Positions 17,301-28,065 are shown, numbered from the stretch's first letter. The stretch: 28,180 bases of DNA from Bifidobacteriaceae bacterium (GCA_031268115.1 JAIRXV010000436.1:1-28180); one strand, 5' to 3'. The notes: generated from the letters alone by a model not told the origin. Numbers and translations: made by a program.

Positions 17301-17792
17301 CCCGACATCTTCACCCAGCACAATGCCCAGTTCGGTCACATCCGCCGGCTTCGCGGCGCCGCGTTTGACGTGGTAGAGCTTGATCAGGGTGAGGGTCTTG
17401 CCCCCCGGCGAATCCTCGTAGGCCAACAACACACCCGACCACGTGGCGCCGCCGCGTAGGAAATCGCTGGTCACCTCGCCCGTGAGATCGTCGGTCTGCC
17501 TGCGCCACGCCCCGCGCACATACGTGATCAGCGTCCGGTCGAAACGGCTTGAGGTCTCCGCGGCAGCGGCGTTGAAGCGGACCTTGATCCGGGGAACGAG
17601 CACCGTGGCGATCGCATCCAACAGCGTCGACTTGCCCGAGCCTGAGCCACCCGTCAACAGGTGACCGGCGCGGCCGATCTGGATCGCGTGGTGTCCGGTG
17701 AAAGTCCCCCAGTTGACCAATTCGATACGGGACATGCGCCACTGCTTGTCCGCGACGGCCGCGCTACCCAGATCAAACACCCCTTGACTCAC
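14301..17792 (-). CDS. jetC: Wadjet JetC SMC-family ATPase, 1163 aa
   Basis: IELVNWGTF, Walker A LTGGSGSGKSTLLDA, long coiled coils, signature LSGGQQQKL, Walker B VVMDEAFDRAD. GTGA overlap with jetB. Confidence 0.93.
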   Translation of the reverse strand: MSQGVFDLGSAAVADKQWRMSRIELVNWGTFTGHHAIQIGRAGHLLTGGSGSGKSTLLDAIATVLVPRIKVRFNAAAAETSSRFDRTLITYVRGAWRRQTDDLTGEVTSDFLRGGATWSGVLLAYEDSPGGKTLTLIKLYHVKRGAAKPADVTELGIVLGEDVGLMDFQPFAKDGLDARGIKRNWPDHLSVTDQHSKFSARFHRAMGIDAEGAMGLLHRTQSAKALGSLDTLFRTFMLDRPETFDIAARAAEQFDELRQAHARVVEARQQVDHLEPLIGLHGAALESQAAAARAARLAEVIDAVRDAEKRRLAEIALAHAEHDLRAAGAVRDAAAARAEQAVTVHDAASLAAQRHGGEALARLENQCEARHRVADHAEQNSQSTTQDLRAAGIEVPTNAAEFEELTSTRVSESEAGTADAVAREQLQAISGQLVALKNSQRLVEEEYRAADSARSNLPPGLLAARDIICGATGLPAKALPFAGELMQVKASHVDWSGAMERVLRPLAVSLLVPPRHRAAVTEAVNSRFLRARVVLEMLPAAIPTPSMPRAANSLARRLDLAEGPFKQWLAWTLSRSYDYECAEDLAAFDAAKTAVTINGLVKRNEQRHEKDDRSAVEDSSRWVLGMDPGAKLERLLERLRTVRGQIAELEAAYDEADGVREQARRRRDAVERLMLYTWQDLDVEAARRSATEADQALAAFRATNADLRLAEKQRDEAAQALGAARAELEGAGAAVAEAKGAVGAVRRVLGDLDDGAAREEFSSAERTELLGRFEAVKKQRALTYETIDRRASDVAKELGVEREQAGQRASEARHGIDRLTREFAVRWPAAVGDLQPGPDDAPGFLDRHSELLADRLPEFEDRFDALLKSQSQRNIGVLGQAIRRAPKEIKERIREINASLRDSDFDSGRYLRIQVKESRSQMAEDFLRALSSIASDSLRGPKDRAEGEAKFEILRELMDRLNPANSDAADRNWREACLDTRRHVRFVGEEVDRAGMVVNVHDTSSGLSGGQQQKLAIFCLAAALRYQLASEPGKLPSYGTVVMDEAFDRADTDFTRMAMDVFVAFGFHMILATPLKALGALEDYVDGIGLVTCQDFKSSQVKAVAMTDLDAQNDDGEVTGGEVAAGGEAVPGTGDSAQPGGGSMPAPLPALEAEVRAEAGADG

Positions 17793-18634
17793 CGGTCACG
17801 CTCCCTATCGCCGCTGCCTCGGTCCACCTCACGGTGAAGCCGGTAGACGATGGCGTCGCCTCGGCCGTCATCACTGTCATCACCGTCATCGCTGTCACCA
17901 CTATCGCCGTCCTCGTCAGCGCTCCCGGCTCCACCCCCATCGCCGTCGCCGCCACCGCCGCCATCACCCTGGGCGCCGCCCCCGCCATCGACGATCCGGC
18001 GCAGCTCACGAGTCACTTCCTCGACTTCCTCGGGGCCGAGCACAAGACGCAGAACCGGTGAGATCTCGCTGTGCCCCTCAGCGTTCGGCCTGGACAGGAA
18101 GCCGTGGTCCCGCATGGCGGTCCACGCGCTCGACACGCGTTTGGCGAAGGTCGCCTCGTCGTCGCCGCGCTGAGTCCGGTACACGTCAAGCTGTTCGGTC
18201 AGCTCCACGCGGCTGACAAAGACCCGGCCTCCCTCACCCTCGCGCAGGAGCAGTTGCCGCAGGTGCAGCACCATCGCGGTCTGGAGAAAGGTCAAGTTCG
18301 CGGTTCGCACCACAGTGGGGGCGTCGAGACCCGGACCTGCCACGTTGCGGATGAACGCCAACTCCAAATCGAGGTCCACCACCAGCTCCAAGAACAGGTC
18401 AGCCAGGCGCGAACGGATCATGTCGCGATCAGCCAGCACCGCGGACCACAGATTCGGGTTGATTCGCGCCGAGACGTATGGCCCTCGAAGCAGTTGGACC
18501 AGCGCACGGCGGGAAACCTCGGCGAGTTCGCCCGTATCGCCTGGCCACAACCCAGGGGTGAGCGGATCCTCCTGGGGTGCAGGAACGCCATCGGCGGCGT
18601 GGCTTATCACCGGAGGCATCGGATCGGGACTCAT
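17789..18634 (-). CDS. jetB: Wadjet JetB (DUF4194), 281 aa
   Basis: LWPGDTGEL...RRALVQLLRGPY, IRSRLADLFLELVVD, LTFLQTAMVLHLRQ, EISPVLRLV. ATG 18634 overlaps the jetA stop (ATGA). Confidence 0.88.
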   Translation of the reverse strand: MSPDPMPPVISHAADGVPAPQEDPLTPGLWPGDTGELAEVSRRALVQLLRGPYVSARINPNLWSAVLADRDMIRSRLADLFLELVVDLDLELAFIRNVAGPGLDAPTVVRTANLTFLQTAMVLHLRQLLLREGEGGRVFVSRVELTEQLDVYRTQRGDDEATFAKRVSSAWTAMRDHGFLSRPNAEGHSEISPVLRLVLGPEEVEEVTRELRRIVDGGGGAQGDGGGGGDGDGGGAGSADEDGDSGDSDDGDDSDDGRGDAIVYRLHREVDRGSGDRERDR

Positions 18635-20112
18635 GACGTGGCCCTTCTCGTAGGTGAACGAGTAGGCAGAGCGCGCTCGAACAGGTAATCCGGAACCAGA
18701 CCCCGCCGTTCGCGGCCGGTTGGGGAGCGCCAAACCATCTCGCGGGAGCCCGGGAGGGGGCGGCCGTGCCGCTCACCCAGCACCATCAAACCGATCACGC
18801 TGGCCACCCCCTGAGTGGCGGGATGAGCATCGAGGACCTCGCTCAGCGTGGCCGCCCCGCGGTGCGCCACCACGTCATTGACCGCGGCCGTCAGCTCGGC
18901 GTAGTCGATATCTGACAGCCGCGTCAGATGCGCCACTTCCCGCAGGTCCACCACCTCAGGGCGTTGGGTGGTGATCTCTTCGGCGCTGTGGGAATCGGCC
19001 GGATTGTGCAGGTTGACGGAGCTGACCGACCGAATAGGCACCGAGGTCAACGGCAGAGTCACCTCCAGCCGGGTGTACGGCGCCACCGCCGGCGCCGCTG
19101 CGGCCGCAGCCTTGAGCGCCTCCCGCAAGGCCAGATGAACCTTGCGGGAGCGAGCGTGCTGCTGGGTGTGGACAAACCGGCGCAGCGACCGCGACAACGA
19201 CGTCATCACGTCCCTGACCTCGCGGCTCGAACTCTGCATCACAGGAACCATGGTGCGCAACGCCCGGCGTTCCGCCGCGCTGAGCGACTCAGCGAACTCC
19301 CGCTCCAGCAACACGTCGATGTCATCGTCGAAGACGGTGGAACTCTCTGGATCGTTGATCAGATCGTGGAAACCCACAAGCGAGCGCCCAGCCTCAGACC
19401 CTTCCAAATGGTCGATCTCGAAGAAGACCTCCTCCAACACGTCCCCACGCGACCCAGCATCATCGATGAGCCGCATCCGCAAACCGTGGTTGATGGCCTC
19501 AATCTCGGCGCGCACCTGCGCAAAGTCTGACGGCAACTGTTCGGCTAGCGACAGAATGTCCCGGGTTCGCTCCGAGGCCCGGGCCGTGGCCAGCGGCGTG
19601 AACTCGCCGCGCTCCACCAGATCGATCTCGTGGTCGATGGCGTCACGCCGCGCCCGCAGAGCCACCAACCGGGACGTGGCATCGGGGTCCGTTTGGATGG
19701 CAAGGTCGTGGATGCGTTCAAGGATCGTCGCAAGACGCGATTCGGTCACCGCACGGCTGCGCTGTTCCCGGGAACGCAGAAACGCCAGGGCTTGAAGTGC
19801 GCCATCGGACAATTCCAAGGTTTGATCCCGGGTCTCCGTGGCCGGACGGCGAATCAGGTAGCCCTGACGCACCCAGGCCTCGCAATAGGCCTTACCCGTC
19901 GCATCCCCCAGGCCGAGCGCGGGGCGAAGCTCCTCCAGTTCCTGGTCAACACGTTCAAACAGAACCGCCGCGGGCAAGCGGCGTTGGTCGGAGCCGAGGT
20001 GTTCGCCTAGAACAGTCAGGATGATGGCAGCACTGTCCGCCCGCAACGCGCGCCACGCGATGTCCTCTTCGCGCAGGCGCTGCGCGGTGAGCGCCCGTCC
20101 CAAAACTGCCAC
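18631..20112 (-). CDS. jetA: Wadjet JetA (DUF3375), 493 aa
   Basis: AWRALRADSAAIIL, YCEAWVRQGYLIRR, TESRLATIL, LPSDFAQVRAEI, EGSEAGRSLVGF, HPATQGVASVIGL. GTG 20112 chosen because the track extension is repeat-derived. Confidence 0.88.
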   Translation of the reverse strand: MAVLGRALTAQRLREEDIAWRALRADSAAIILTVLGEHLGSDQRRLPAAVLFERVDQELEELRPALGLGDATGKAYCEAWVRQGYLIRRPATETRDQTLELSDGALQALAFLRSREQRSRAVTESRLATILERIHDLAIQTDPDATSRLVALRARRDAIDHEIDLVERGEFTPLATARASERTRDILSLAEQLPSDFAQVRAEIEAINHGLRMRLIDDAGSRGDVLEEVFFEIDHLEGSEAGRSLVGFHDLINDPESSTVFDDDIDVLLEREFAESLSAAERRALRTMVPVMQSSSREVRDVMTSLSRSLRRFVHTQQHARSRKVHLALREALKAAAAAAPAVAPYTRLEVTLPLTSVPIRSVSSVNLHNPADSHSAEEITTQRPEVVDLREVAHLTRLSDIDYAELTAAVNDVVAHRGAATLSEVLDAHPATQGVASVIGLMVLGERHGRPLPGSREMVWRSPTGRERRGLVPDYLFERALPTRSPTRRATS

Positions 20113-20174
20113 GGAGTCAGGGTAGAGGTAGGCACTGACATTCCGGCCCCCAGGCCCCCAGACCTGGACCCGCG

Positions 20175-20261
20175 CCGCACAACCCGCCCCGCACAACGCC
20201 CCGCACAACTCGCCCCGCACAACGCCCCGCACAACCCGCCCCGCACAACGCCCCGCACAAC
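20175..20261. repeat. Tandem array: seven CCGCACAAC cores with alternating 14/12-bp spacing (26-bp higher-order unit x~3.5)
   Basis: Cores start at 20175, 20189, 20201, 20215, 20227, 20241 and 20253. Six full GCCCCGCACAAC 12-mers. Confidence 0.95.
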
Positions 20262-20370
20262 CCGTCCACCCCACCCTGGCCGAACGGAACTACCGCTAGA
20301 GTTGGCGACGTTCCTGGCAGTCCGCAGCGGTGCGGACCTCAACGACACACCAAAAAGGCAGGGAGTAACC

Positions 20371-21075
20371 GTGCAGTTCATGATTGAGACCAATGTGCAG
20401 TTCCCGACAGCGCGCGCCTACTTCGTGCAAGGCGAGACCGCGCTGATCTCGCGAGGCTCCATGATTTGGCGCACCGCTGGGGTGGAGCTCAACGCCAAAC
20501 TCAACGCCGCGGGCTCGGGCTTGGGGAAATTCGTCAAGGCAGTGGCGCGTAGCACAGTCTCCGGAGAGTCCATGTTCATCACCGAAGTCGTGTGCCAGGC
20601 GCCGCGTGGGGAATTAGCCCTCGCGCCCAGTGTCCCGGGCACAATCCGCCAACTCGATGTCGGAGCGAACCAATACCGACTGAACGACAGCGCATTCTTG
20701 GCAATGGACGCCACAGTTGCCTACACGGTGGAACGCCAGAGCATCGGCAAAGCGATGTTCGGCGGCCAAGGCGGACTGTTCGTCATGACAACTAACGGCC
20801 AAGGCGCCCTACTGGTCAACGCATTCGGTTCGATCCAGGAGATCGACCTAGCCGATTGCCCAGGCTTTACGGTTGACAACCGCCATGTCGTGGCCTGGGA
20901 CCGCAACCTGGATTACCGCATCGAGCTGCAGGGTGGGTTCTTCGGGTCCATCGGCACCGGCGAGGGCGTAGTGAACACCTTCTACGGCACCGGCAAGGTG
21001 CTCATTCAGAGCCTCAACCTCGAGACCTTCGTGGCCGCGTTGCACCCGTTCTTGCCAAGCTCAAGCTCAAGCTAA
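20371..21075 (+). CDS. TIGR00266 / AIM24 family protein, 234 aa
   Basis: SRGSMIWRT, RSTVSGESMFIT, ELALAPSVPG, LNDSAFLAMD, MFGGQGGLFVM, VDNRHVVAWD, GTGEGVVNTFYGTGKVLIQS. GTG 20371 with GGGAG RBS. Confidence 0.85.
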   Translation: MQFMIETNVQFPTARAYFVQGETALISRGSMIWRTAGVELNAKLNAAGSGLGKFVKAVARSTVSGESMFITEVVCQAPRGELALAPSVPGTIRQLDVGANQYRLNDSAFLAMDATVAYTVERQSIGKAMFGGQGGLFVMTTNGQGALLVNAFGSIQEIDLADCPGFTVDNRHVVAWDRNLDYRIELQGGFFGSIGTGEGVVNTFYGTGKVLIQSLNLETFVAALHPFLPSSSSS

Positions 21076-21166
21076 TTCGCTCTCGGACAGTGGCGTAAGG
21101 GCCATCGTCGGCTCTTCCGGCGTCGGGTACGGTGGTAGGCGTTGGGGCTACCACTGGGAGGTTCAT

Positions 21167-21958
21167 ATGCGCACAGCCGTGGTGACAGGTGCGAGCAGCG
21201 GAATCGGCGCGGCCACAGCCGTGGCGCTTGCCCGCGACAACTGGCGTGTGGTGCTTGGAGCCCGCCGGACCGACCGGTTGGCGGAGGTGGCCAAACGATG
21301 TGGGCCGAACGCCATCGTCCAGCGGCTCGACGTTACAGACCAGGCATCCGTGGACGCCTTGGCCGGTGGCCTGCAAGAGTGCACGCTACTCGTGAACAAC
21401 GCGGGCGGCGCCCACGGACTTCGCTCCATCGCAGAGGCCCAAGATGGCGAATGGGAGTGGATGCTGCAGACCAATGTGATGGGAACGATGCGCGTCACAC
21501 GCGCCCTGCTGCCGCTGCTCTTGGCGTCCGGGGATGGCATCGTCATAACCATCGCCTCGATCGCCGCGCATTACCCCTACGCGGGCGGTAGCGGCTACAA
21601 CGCGGCCAAGTTTGCCGAACGCGGGCTGGTCGGCGCGTTGCGGGCCGACCTCGCCGGTCTGCCCGTACGGGTAACCGAAATCGACCCAGGGCTGGTGCGG
21701 ACGGAGTTCTCCTTGGTCCGGTTCGACGGCGACGAGTCTCGCGCCGATGCCACCTACGAAGGCATCACCCCTTTGGTGGCCGATGACGTTGCCGAGTGCG
21801 TCCGATGGGTCGCCTCCCTGCCGTCGCACGTCAACATCGACGGCCTCTCGGTGCTGGCCCGAGACCAGATCGGCCCAGTCAAGACGACACCCAAGGCACC
21901 GCGCAAGACGACACCCAAGGCACCGCGCAAAGCGACGCCCAGGGCACCGCGCGAATGA
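21167..21958 (+). CDS. Short-chain dehydrogenase/reductase (YdfG-like), 263 aa
   Basis: VVTGASSGIG, LVNNAG, catalytic YNAAK, VTEIDPGLVRTEFS, WVASLPSHVNID. GGGAGG RBS. Confidence 0.9.
   Translation: MRTAVVTGASSGIGAATAVALARDNWRVVLGARRTDRLAEVAKRCGPNAIVQRLDVTDQASVDALAGGLQECTLLVNNAGGAHGLRSIAEAQDGEWEWMLQTNVMGTMRVTRALLPLLLASGDGIVITIASIAAHYPYAGGSGYNAAKFAERGLVGALRADLAGLPVRVTEIDPGLVRTEFSLVRFDGDESRADATYEGITPLVADDVAECVRWVASLPSHVNIDGLSVLARDQIGPVKTTPKAPRKTTPKAPRKATPRAPRE
21881..21952 (+). repeat. In-frame 24-bp repeat x3 encoding KTTPKAPR-KTTPKAPR-KATPRAPR
   Basis: 21881-21904 and 21905-21928 are identical; 21929-21952 is degenerate. Confidence 0.95.
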
Positions 21959-22869
21959 GCGAGGGGCCCAGCGCGGGCGTCCGGGGCGGGCGTCGCAGAC
22001 TGGGGCTGACCGTCATCGTCGGTGCGCTGATCCTTACCCTCACCTTTGGCGTGCGCGCGCTCCGCAACGAACCCGAAGGGCCGGGGCTGACTGCCGCGCA
22101 GAACCGGGATCTCCTGCGGCTGCGCGGCCAATGGACTTTGGCGACCCTGAGCGTGGATGGCCAGGAATTCGACGTGCCATCGGCGCAGCCCATAGACCTT
22201 GAGCTGGGCGAGTCGTCGGCCAGCGGCTGGACCGGGTGCCACGCCTACGCGACCGTCTACACGGCCTCACCCTTGGGGTCCCTCTCGATCGATCCACTCG
22301 GCGTCACCCCGTCCACCTGCACGCCCGAGGACGACGCGCTAGCGGACACCTACCTAGATGCGTTTGCGCTGGCGGTGACTTGGGCGGTAGCCGAGGATGG
22401 CACCCTGGAACTGCGCGGCAAAGGAATCACCGCGACTTACACGCGGTCCGCCGAGACGCTGACCCCCACGGATCCGCGCTCAGATCCGCCGGCCTGGGTT
22501 GGCACGTGGCGACTGGCTTCGATCCAAACCACGGCCCGGACCTTTGAGGTCGATGCCGAGGACAACGTGTGGATCGGCATCGGCGCCATCCGTGCTACGG
22601 GCAGTGCCGGATGCAACGCGTTTTTCGGCCGGGTCAGCGCGTTGGGTGCGCGCGGAATCTTCTTCGACCGTCTTGTGATCGGTCTGAAGACCTGCGTCGG
22701 AAACGAGACCATCATGCGCCGAGAGTCGGAGCTGATGGACGCCTTAGCAAACGTGAACCGGTGGGAAATGGACGATGCCGGCCGCCTTGTTCTGTCGGGC
22801 CGCGGCGCCACGGTGGTGCTCACCCTGGAGGGTCCGCCCCCGTCGATCGACACTGCCCCGCCGATTTAG
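21955..22869 (+). CDS. Membrane-anchored protein with two META (HslJ-like) domains, 304 aa
   Basis: N-terminal basic plus hydrophobic anchor. Two repeats W(T/R)LA...SG(W/S)(T/A)GC(H/N)...TC...W...LxLxG. ATG overlaps the SDR stop (ATGA). Confidence 0.78.
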   Translation: MSEGPSAGVRGGRRRLGLTVIVGALILTLTFGVRALRNEPEGPGLTAAQNRDLLRLRGQWTLATLSVDGQEFDVPSAQPIDLELGESSASGWTGCHAYATVYTASPLGSLSIDPLGVTPSTCTPEDDALADTYLDAFALAVTWAVAEDGTLELRGKGITATYTRSAETLTPTDPRSDPPAWVGTWRLASIQTTARTFEVDAEDNVWIGIGAIRATGSAGCNAFFGRVSALGARGIFFDRLVIGLKTCVGNETIMRRESELMDALANVNRWEMDDAGRLVLSGRGATVVLTLEGPPPSIDTAPPI

Positions 22870-22905
22870 GACGGCATCGCAAACACCACCCTTCCGACGA
22901 CTCAG

Positions 22906-22932
22906 GCGGGCCACCTGCGAGTCGCAGCCCGC
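22906..22932 (+). terminator. Possible terminator hairpin after the META gene
   Basis: GCGGG-ccac-CTGCG-agt-CGCAG-CCCGC followed by only TT. Confidence 0.3.
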
Positions 22933-23010
22933 TTCGCCGGTGACGTTACGGGGATGAGTCCTTTTCGTGTGGTTTCGGTGTTTGGGTTGGTTGCTGCGGT
23001 GGCCTTGGAT

Positions 23011-23532
23011 GGGTATTAGTCAGGGCTGTGGGGGGCCCGGGAACGATTGACTGTGGGAACAAGATTGACGAGGACCTGGCTGCGGAACGCCACCAGTTGG
23101 TGGCCCGGCTGGCACAGTCGGGGGATATGACGCCTGGCTCGTTCCAGGAGGAATGGGGCCGTTGGCGCGGCAAACCTTGTGGCCGCTGCCCAGCCGCCCA
23201 CCGCCGGATGCGGCTGCGGGCCGCTGCCCAGCCGCCCACTCGGTCAGGGAGAAGACCGTCATGACGATGACCGAGCCAGTCGCGGTCGCCCGCGGCTATT
23301 TCCACTGCCGGGCGTGTGGGTCTGGGTTTTTCCCAGCAGACCGGTCGAGGCTAGGGCAGCCCAGACAAGGATGCGCTGGACCATCAACGGGCCCGACCCC
23401 GTCGTCGCGCCGCGAACACCGCACCAGTCAGATGATTCCCGCCACAGCGACCCCTACAACCGCATCAGGGATAGCCCCCACACCCAGGCCGCGCACGCCA
23501 CAACCACCCACCAACATTCCTGACTCGCACCC
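23011..23532 (+). mobile_element. Internally deleted ISKra4-like insertion sequence remnant (522 bp)
   Basis: Imperfect terminal IRs GGGTATTAGTCAGGGCTGT (23011-23029) and revcomp GGGTGCGAGTCAGGAATGT (23514-23532), 14/19 identical. Internal fragments resemble DUF6788 (LVARLAQSGDMTPGS...GKPCGRC), the transposase Zn finger (REKTVMT...ARGYFHCRACGSGFFPAD) and the transposase C-terminus (QTRMRWTINGPDPVVAPR). Family likeness is from recall. Confidence 0.62.
23181..23239. repeat. 21-bp perfect direct repeat GGCCGCTGCCCAGCCGCCCAC x2, 17-nt spacer
   Basis: Copies at 23181-23201 and 23219-23239, at the junction between DUF6788-like and transposase-like fragments. Confidence 0.9.
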
Positions 23533-23612
23533 GCCCGTTACGCTGAGCGCCGCGCCACGAGTAGGGTTCACGTGGCACGCACCCCATCACCAGAAGACTG
23601 ACAGGAGGAGAC

Positions 23613-26405
<2,793 letters not shown>

Positions 26406-26435
26406 TCAAAGCCCGGGGTGGCACGATGGGCGCCT

Positions 26436-26930
26436 GTGTTCCACGTAATGTTCTTCGCCCCGCGCATACCTTCCAACACTGGTAATGCGATCCGGCTCTC
26501 AGCGGTCACCGGCTGCACGCTCCACCTGGTCGAACCTTTGGGGTTCGACCTCAGCGACGCCAAGCTGCGGCGCAGTGGGCTCGACTATCACGACTTGGCC
26601 GATCTGAGGGTCCACGCCTCGTTCGATGAAGCGCTGGCCGCGGTTGCCCCGGGCAGGGTGCTGGCTTTCACCACCGGGGCAACGCGAAACTTCGCCGACA
26701 TCTCCTACAGGGCCGACGATGTGCTTCTGTTCGGTCCCGAACCCGACGGCCTACCCACGTGGGTCAAACGCCACCCCGCGATCGAGCAGGAGGTGCGCAT
26801 CCCCATGCTGCCCGCAAGGCGATCGCTCAACTTGGCCAACTCCGCTGCCATCGCGGTGTACGAGGCGTGGCGGCAACACGGCTACACCGGGGCGGGGCGG
26901 GTGCTTGAGATGCCAGATGGGCGAGTTTGA
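26436..26930 (+). CDS. trmL: tRNA (cytidine/uridine(34)-2'-O)-methyltransferase TrmL, 164 aa
   Basis: PRIPSNTGNAIRL, LHLVEPLGF, LRRSGLDYH, LLFGPEPDGLP, RSLNLANSAAIAVYEAWRQ. Confidence 0.92.
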   Translation: MFHVMFFAPRIPSNTGNAIRLSAVTGCTLHLVEPLGFDLSDAKLRRSGLDYHDLADLRVHASFDEALAAVAPGRVLAFTTGATRNFADISYRADDVLLFGPEPDGLPTWVKRHPAIEQEVRIPMLPARRSLNLANSAAIAVYEAWRQHGYTGAGRVLEMPDGRV

Positions 26931-27042
26931 GCTGGGCAGTTCGCGTTCGGACCCGTTGGTATGGCGAGCACAGACCTGTTGGTCGAAGACCCGGCAGGGG
27001 CGTGCCGGCATCGTCCGCTGCGAACGCAGTACGGTTAGCGCC

Positions 27043-28065
27043 GTGAACCTGATACCCGATCCTTTCACCGCTCCGCCCTTGAACTGGGGCATCCTCGGCA
27101 CGGGAACGATTGCGCACGCCGTGGCCGACGCCATGGCAAACGGTACGCGACAGCGGCTCGCGGCCGTGGGTTCGCGTTCGCCCGCGCGAGCCAACGAGTT
27201 CGCGGCCCAGTTCGGAGCCGAACGCGCACACGGCTCCCCGGAGGATCTCATGGCCGATGACGGCGTGGACATCGTGTACATCGCGACTCCCAACTCCGCT
27301 CACCACGCCGGGGCCCGGGCGGCGCTGCTCGCAGGCAAGCATGTCCTGGTGGAAAAGCCGTTTACGCTCAATCAACCCGAGGCCCGCGATCTGGCCGATC
27401 TGGCGGCCGAGCGCAAAGCGTTCCTCATGGAGGCCATGTGGACCCGCTTCTTACCCCAACAGATCAAGCTGCGTCAACTGATCGCAGATGGGGCGCTCGG
27501 AGAGCTGGTGACGGCGTGGGCCGATTTCGGCAGTTTCAATCCGATGGACGCTGAAGGCCGTTTCTATTCACCCAACCTCGGTGGCGGATCCCTGCTTGAC
27601 CTCGGTATCTACCCCGTGTCGTGGATCGTGAACCTGTTCGGGCTACCCGGCTCTATCCGCGCGAGCGGGTTGCTGACCCAAACTGGCGTGGACGCACAGA
27701 TGACAGCGATCCTGGAATACCCCGCGCGAGAAGCCAGCGCGGTGGCGATGTCCTCGATTGTTGTCGATACCCCGTGGGAGGCCGTGGTCGCCGGCACTCG
27801 GGGACTTGTCAAGGTGCCCCGCCCGTTCTGGGGGCCGTCATCGCTGATCATCGAGCTGGCCGACGGCACGATAGAGGAATGGACCGCTGCGGTTCGCTCG
27901 ACGGGCTACGAGTACGAGCTGGCGGAAGTCGCCACGCGAATCGCGGCCGGCGAGACATTCTCTCCCGAGATGGCGCCGGCCGAATCGGTCGCGATCATGG
28001 GCGTACTCGACGCCATCCGAGCCCAGATCGGGGTGCGCTTCCCCGGGGATAACACCCACGCCTAG
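27043..28065 (+). CDS. Gfo/Idh/MocA family oxidoreductase, 340 aa
   Basis: WGILGTGTIA, VDIVYIATPNSAH, GKHVLVEKPF, FLMEAMWTRFLP, GGGSLLDLGIY. GTG 27043 chosen over the long track extension. Confidence 0.9.
   Translation: MNLIPDPFTAPPLNWGILGTGTIAHAVADAMANGTRQRLAAVGSRSPARANEFAAQFGAERAHGSPEDLMADDGVDIVYIATPNSAHHAGARAALLAGKHVLVEKPFTLNQPEARDLADLAAERKAFLMEAMWTRFLPQQIKLRQLIADGALGELVTAWADFGSFNPMDAEGRFYSPNLGGGSLLDLGIYPVSWIVNLFGLPGSIRASGLLTQTGVDAQMTAILEYPAREASAVAMSSIVVDTPWEAVVAGTRGLVKVPRPFWGPSSLIIELADGTIEEWTAAVRSTGYEYELAEVATRIAAGETFSPEMAPAESVAIMGVLDAIRAQIGVRFPGDNTHA

Noticed and set aside
14301-17792. JetC as a housekeeping Smc or SbcC
   Set aside because: Operon order with DUF3375, DUF4194 and a Toprim JetD identifies Wadjet.
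20175-20261. Tandem array as a CRISPR array
   Set aside because: Units are 12-14 bp with no unique spacers, and no cas genes are present.
1-20370. Defined ICE, prophage or att boundaries for the island
   Set aside because: No integrase, tRNA or flanking direct repeat was recognised; the left boundary is probably outside the window.
20113-20393. N-terminal extensions of jetA and the ORF 20016-20393
   Set aside because: Their CAGR/VVRG/LCGA translations are simply the tandem array read in different frames.
23181-23239. 21-bp repeat pair with a 17-nt spacer as a mini-CRISPR
   Set aside because: Only two copies, spacer too short, and it lies inside an IS-like remnant.
22946-23305. Minus-strand ORF with a Pro/Thr-rich end as a second transposase remnant
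   Set aside because: No recognisable motif or terminal repeat; it is mostly the antisense of the IS-like remnant.
26626-27042. 139-aa N-terminal extension of the Gfo/Idh/MocA ORF
   Set aside because: It overlaps trmL out of frame; the family N-terminus begins at GTG 27043.
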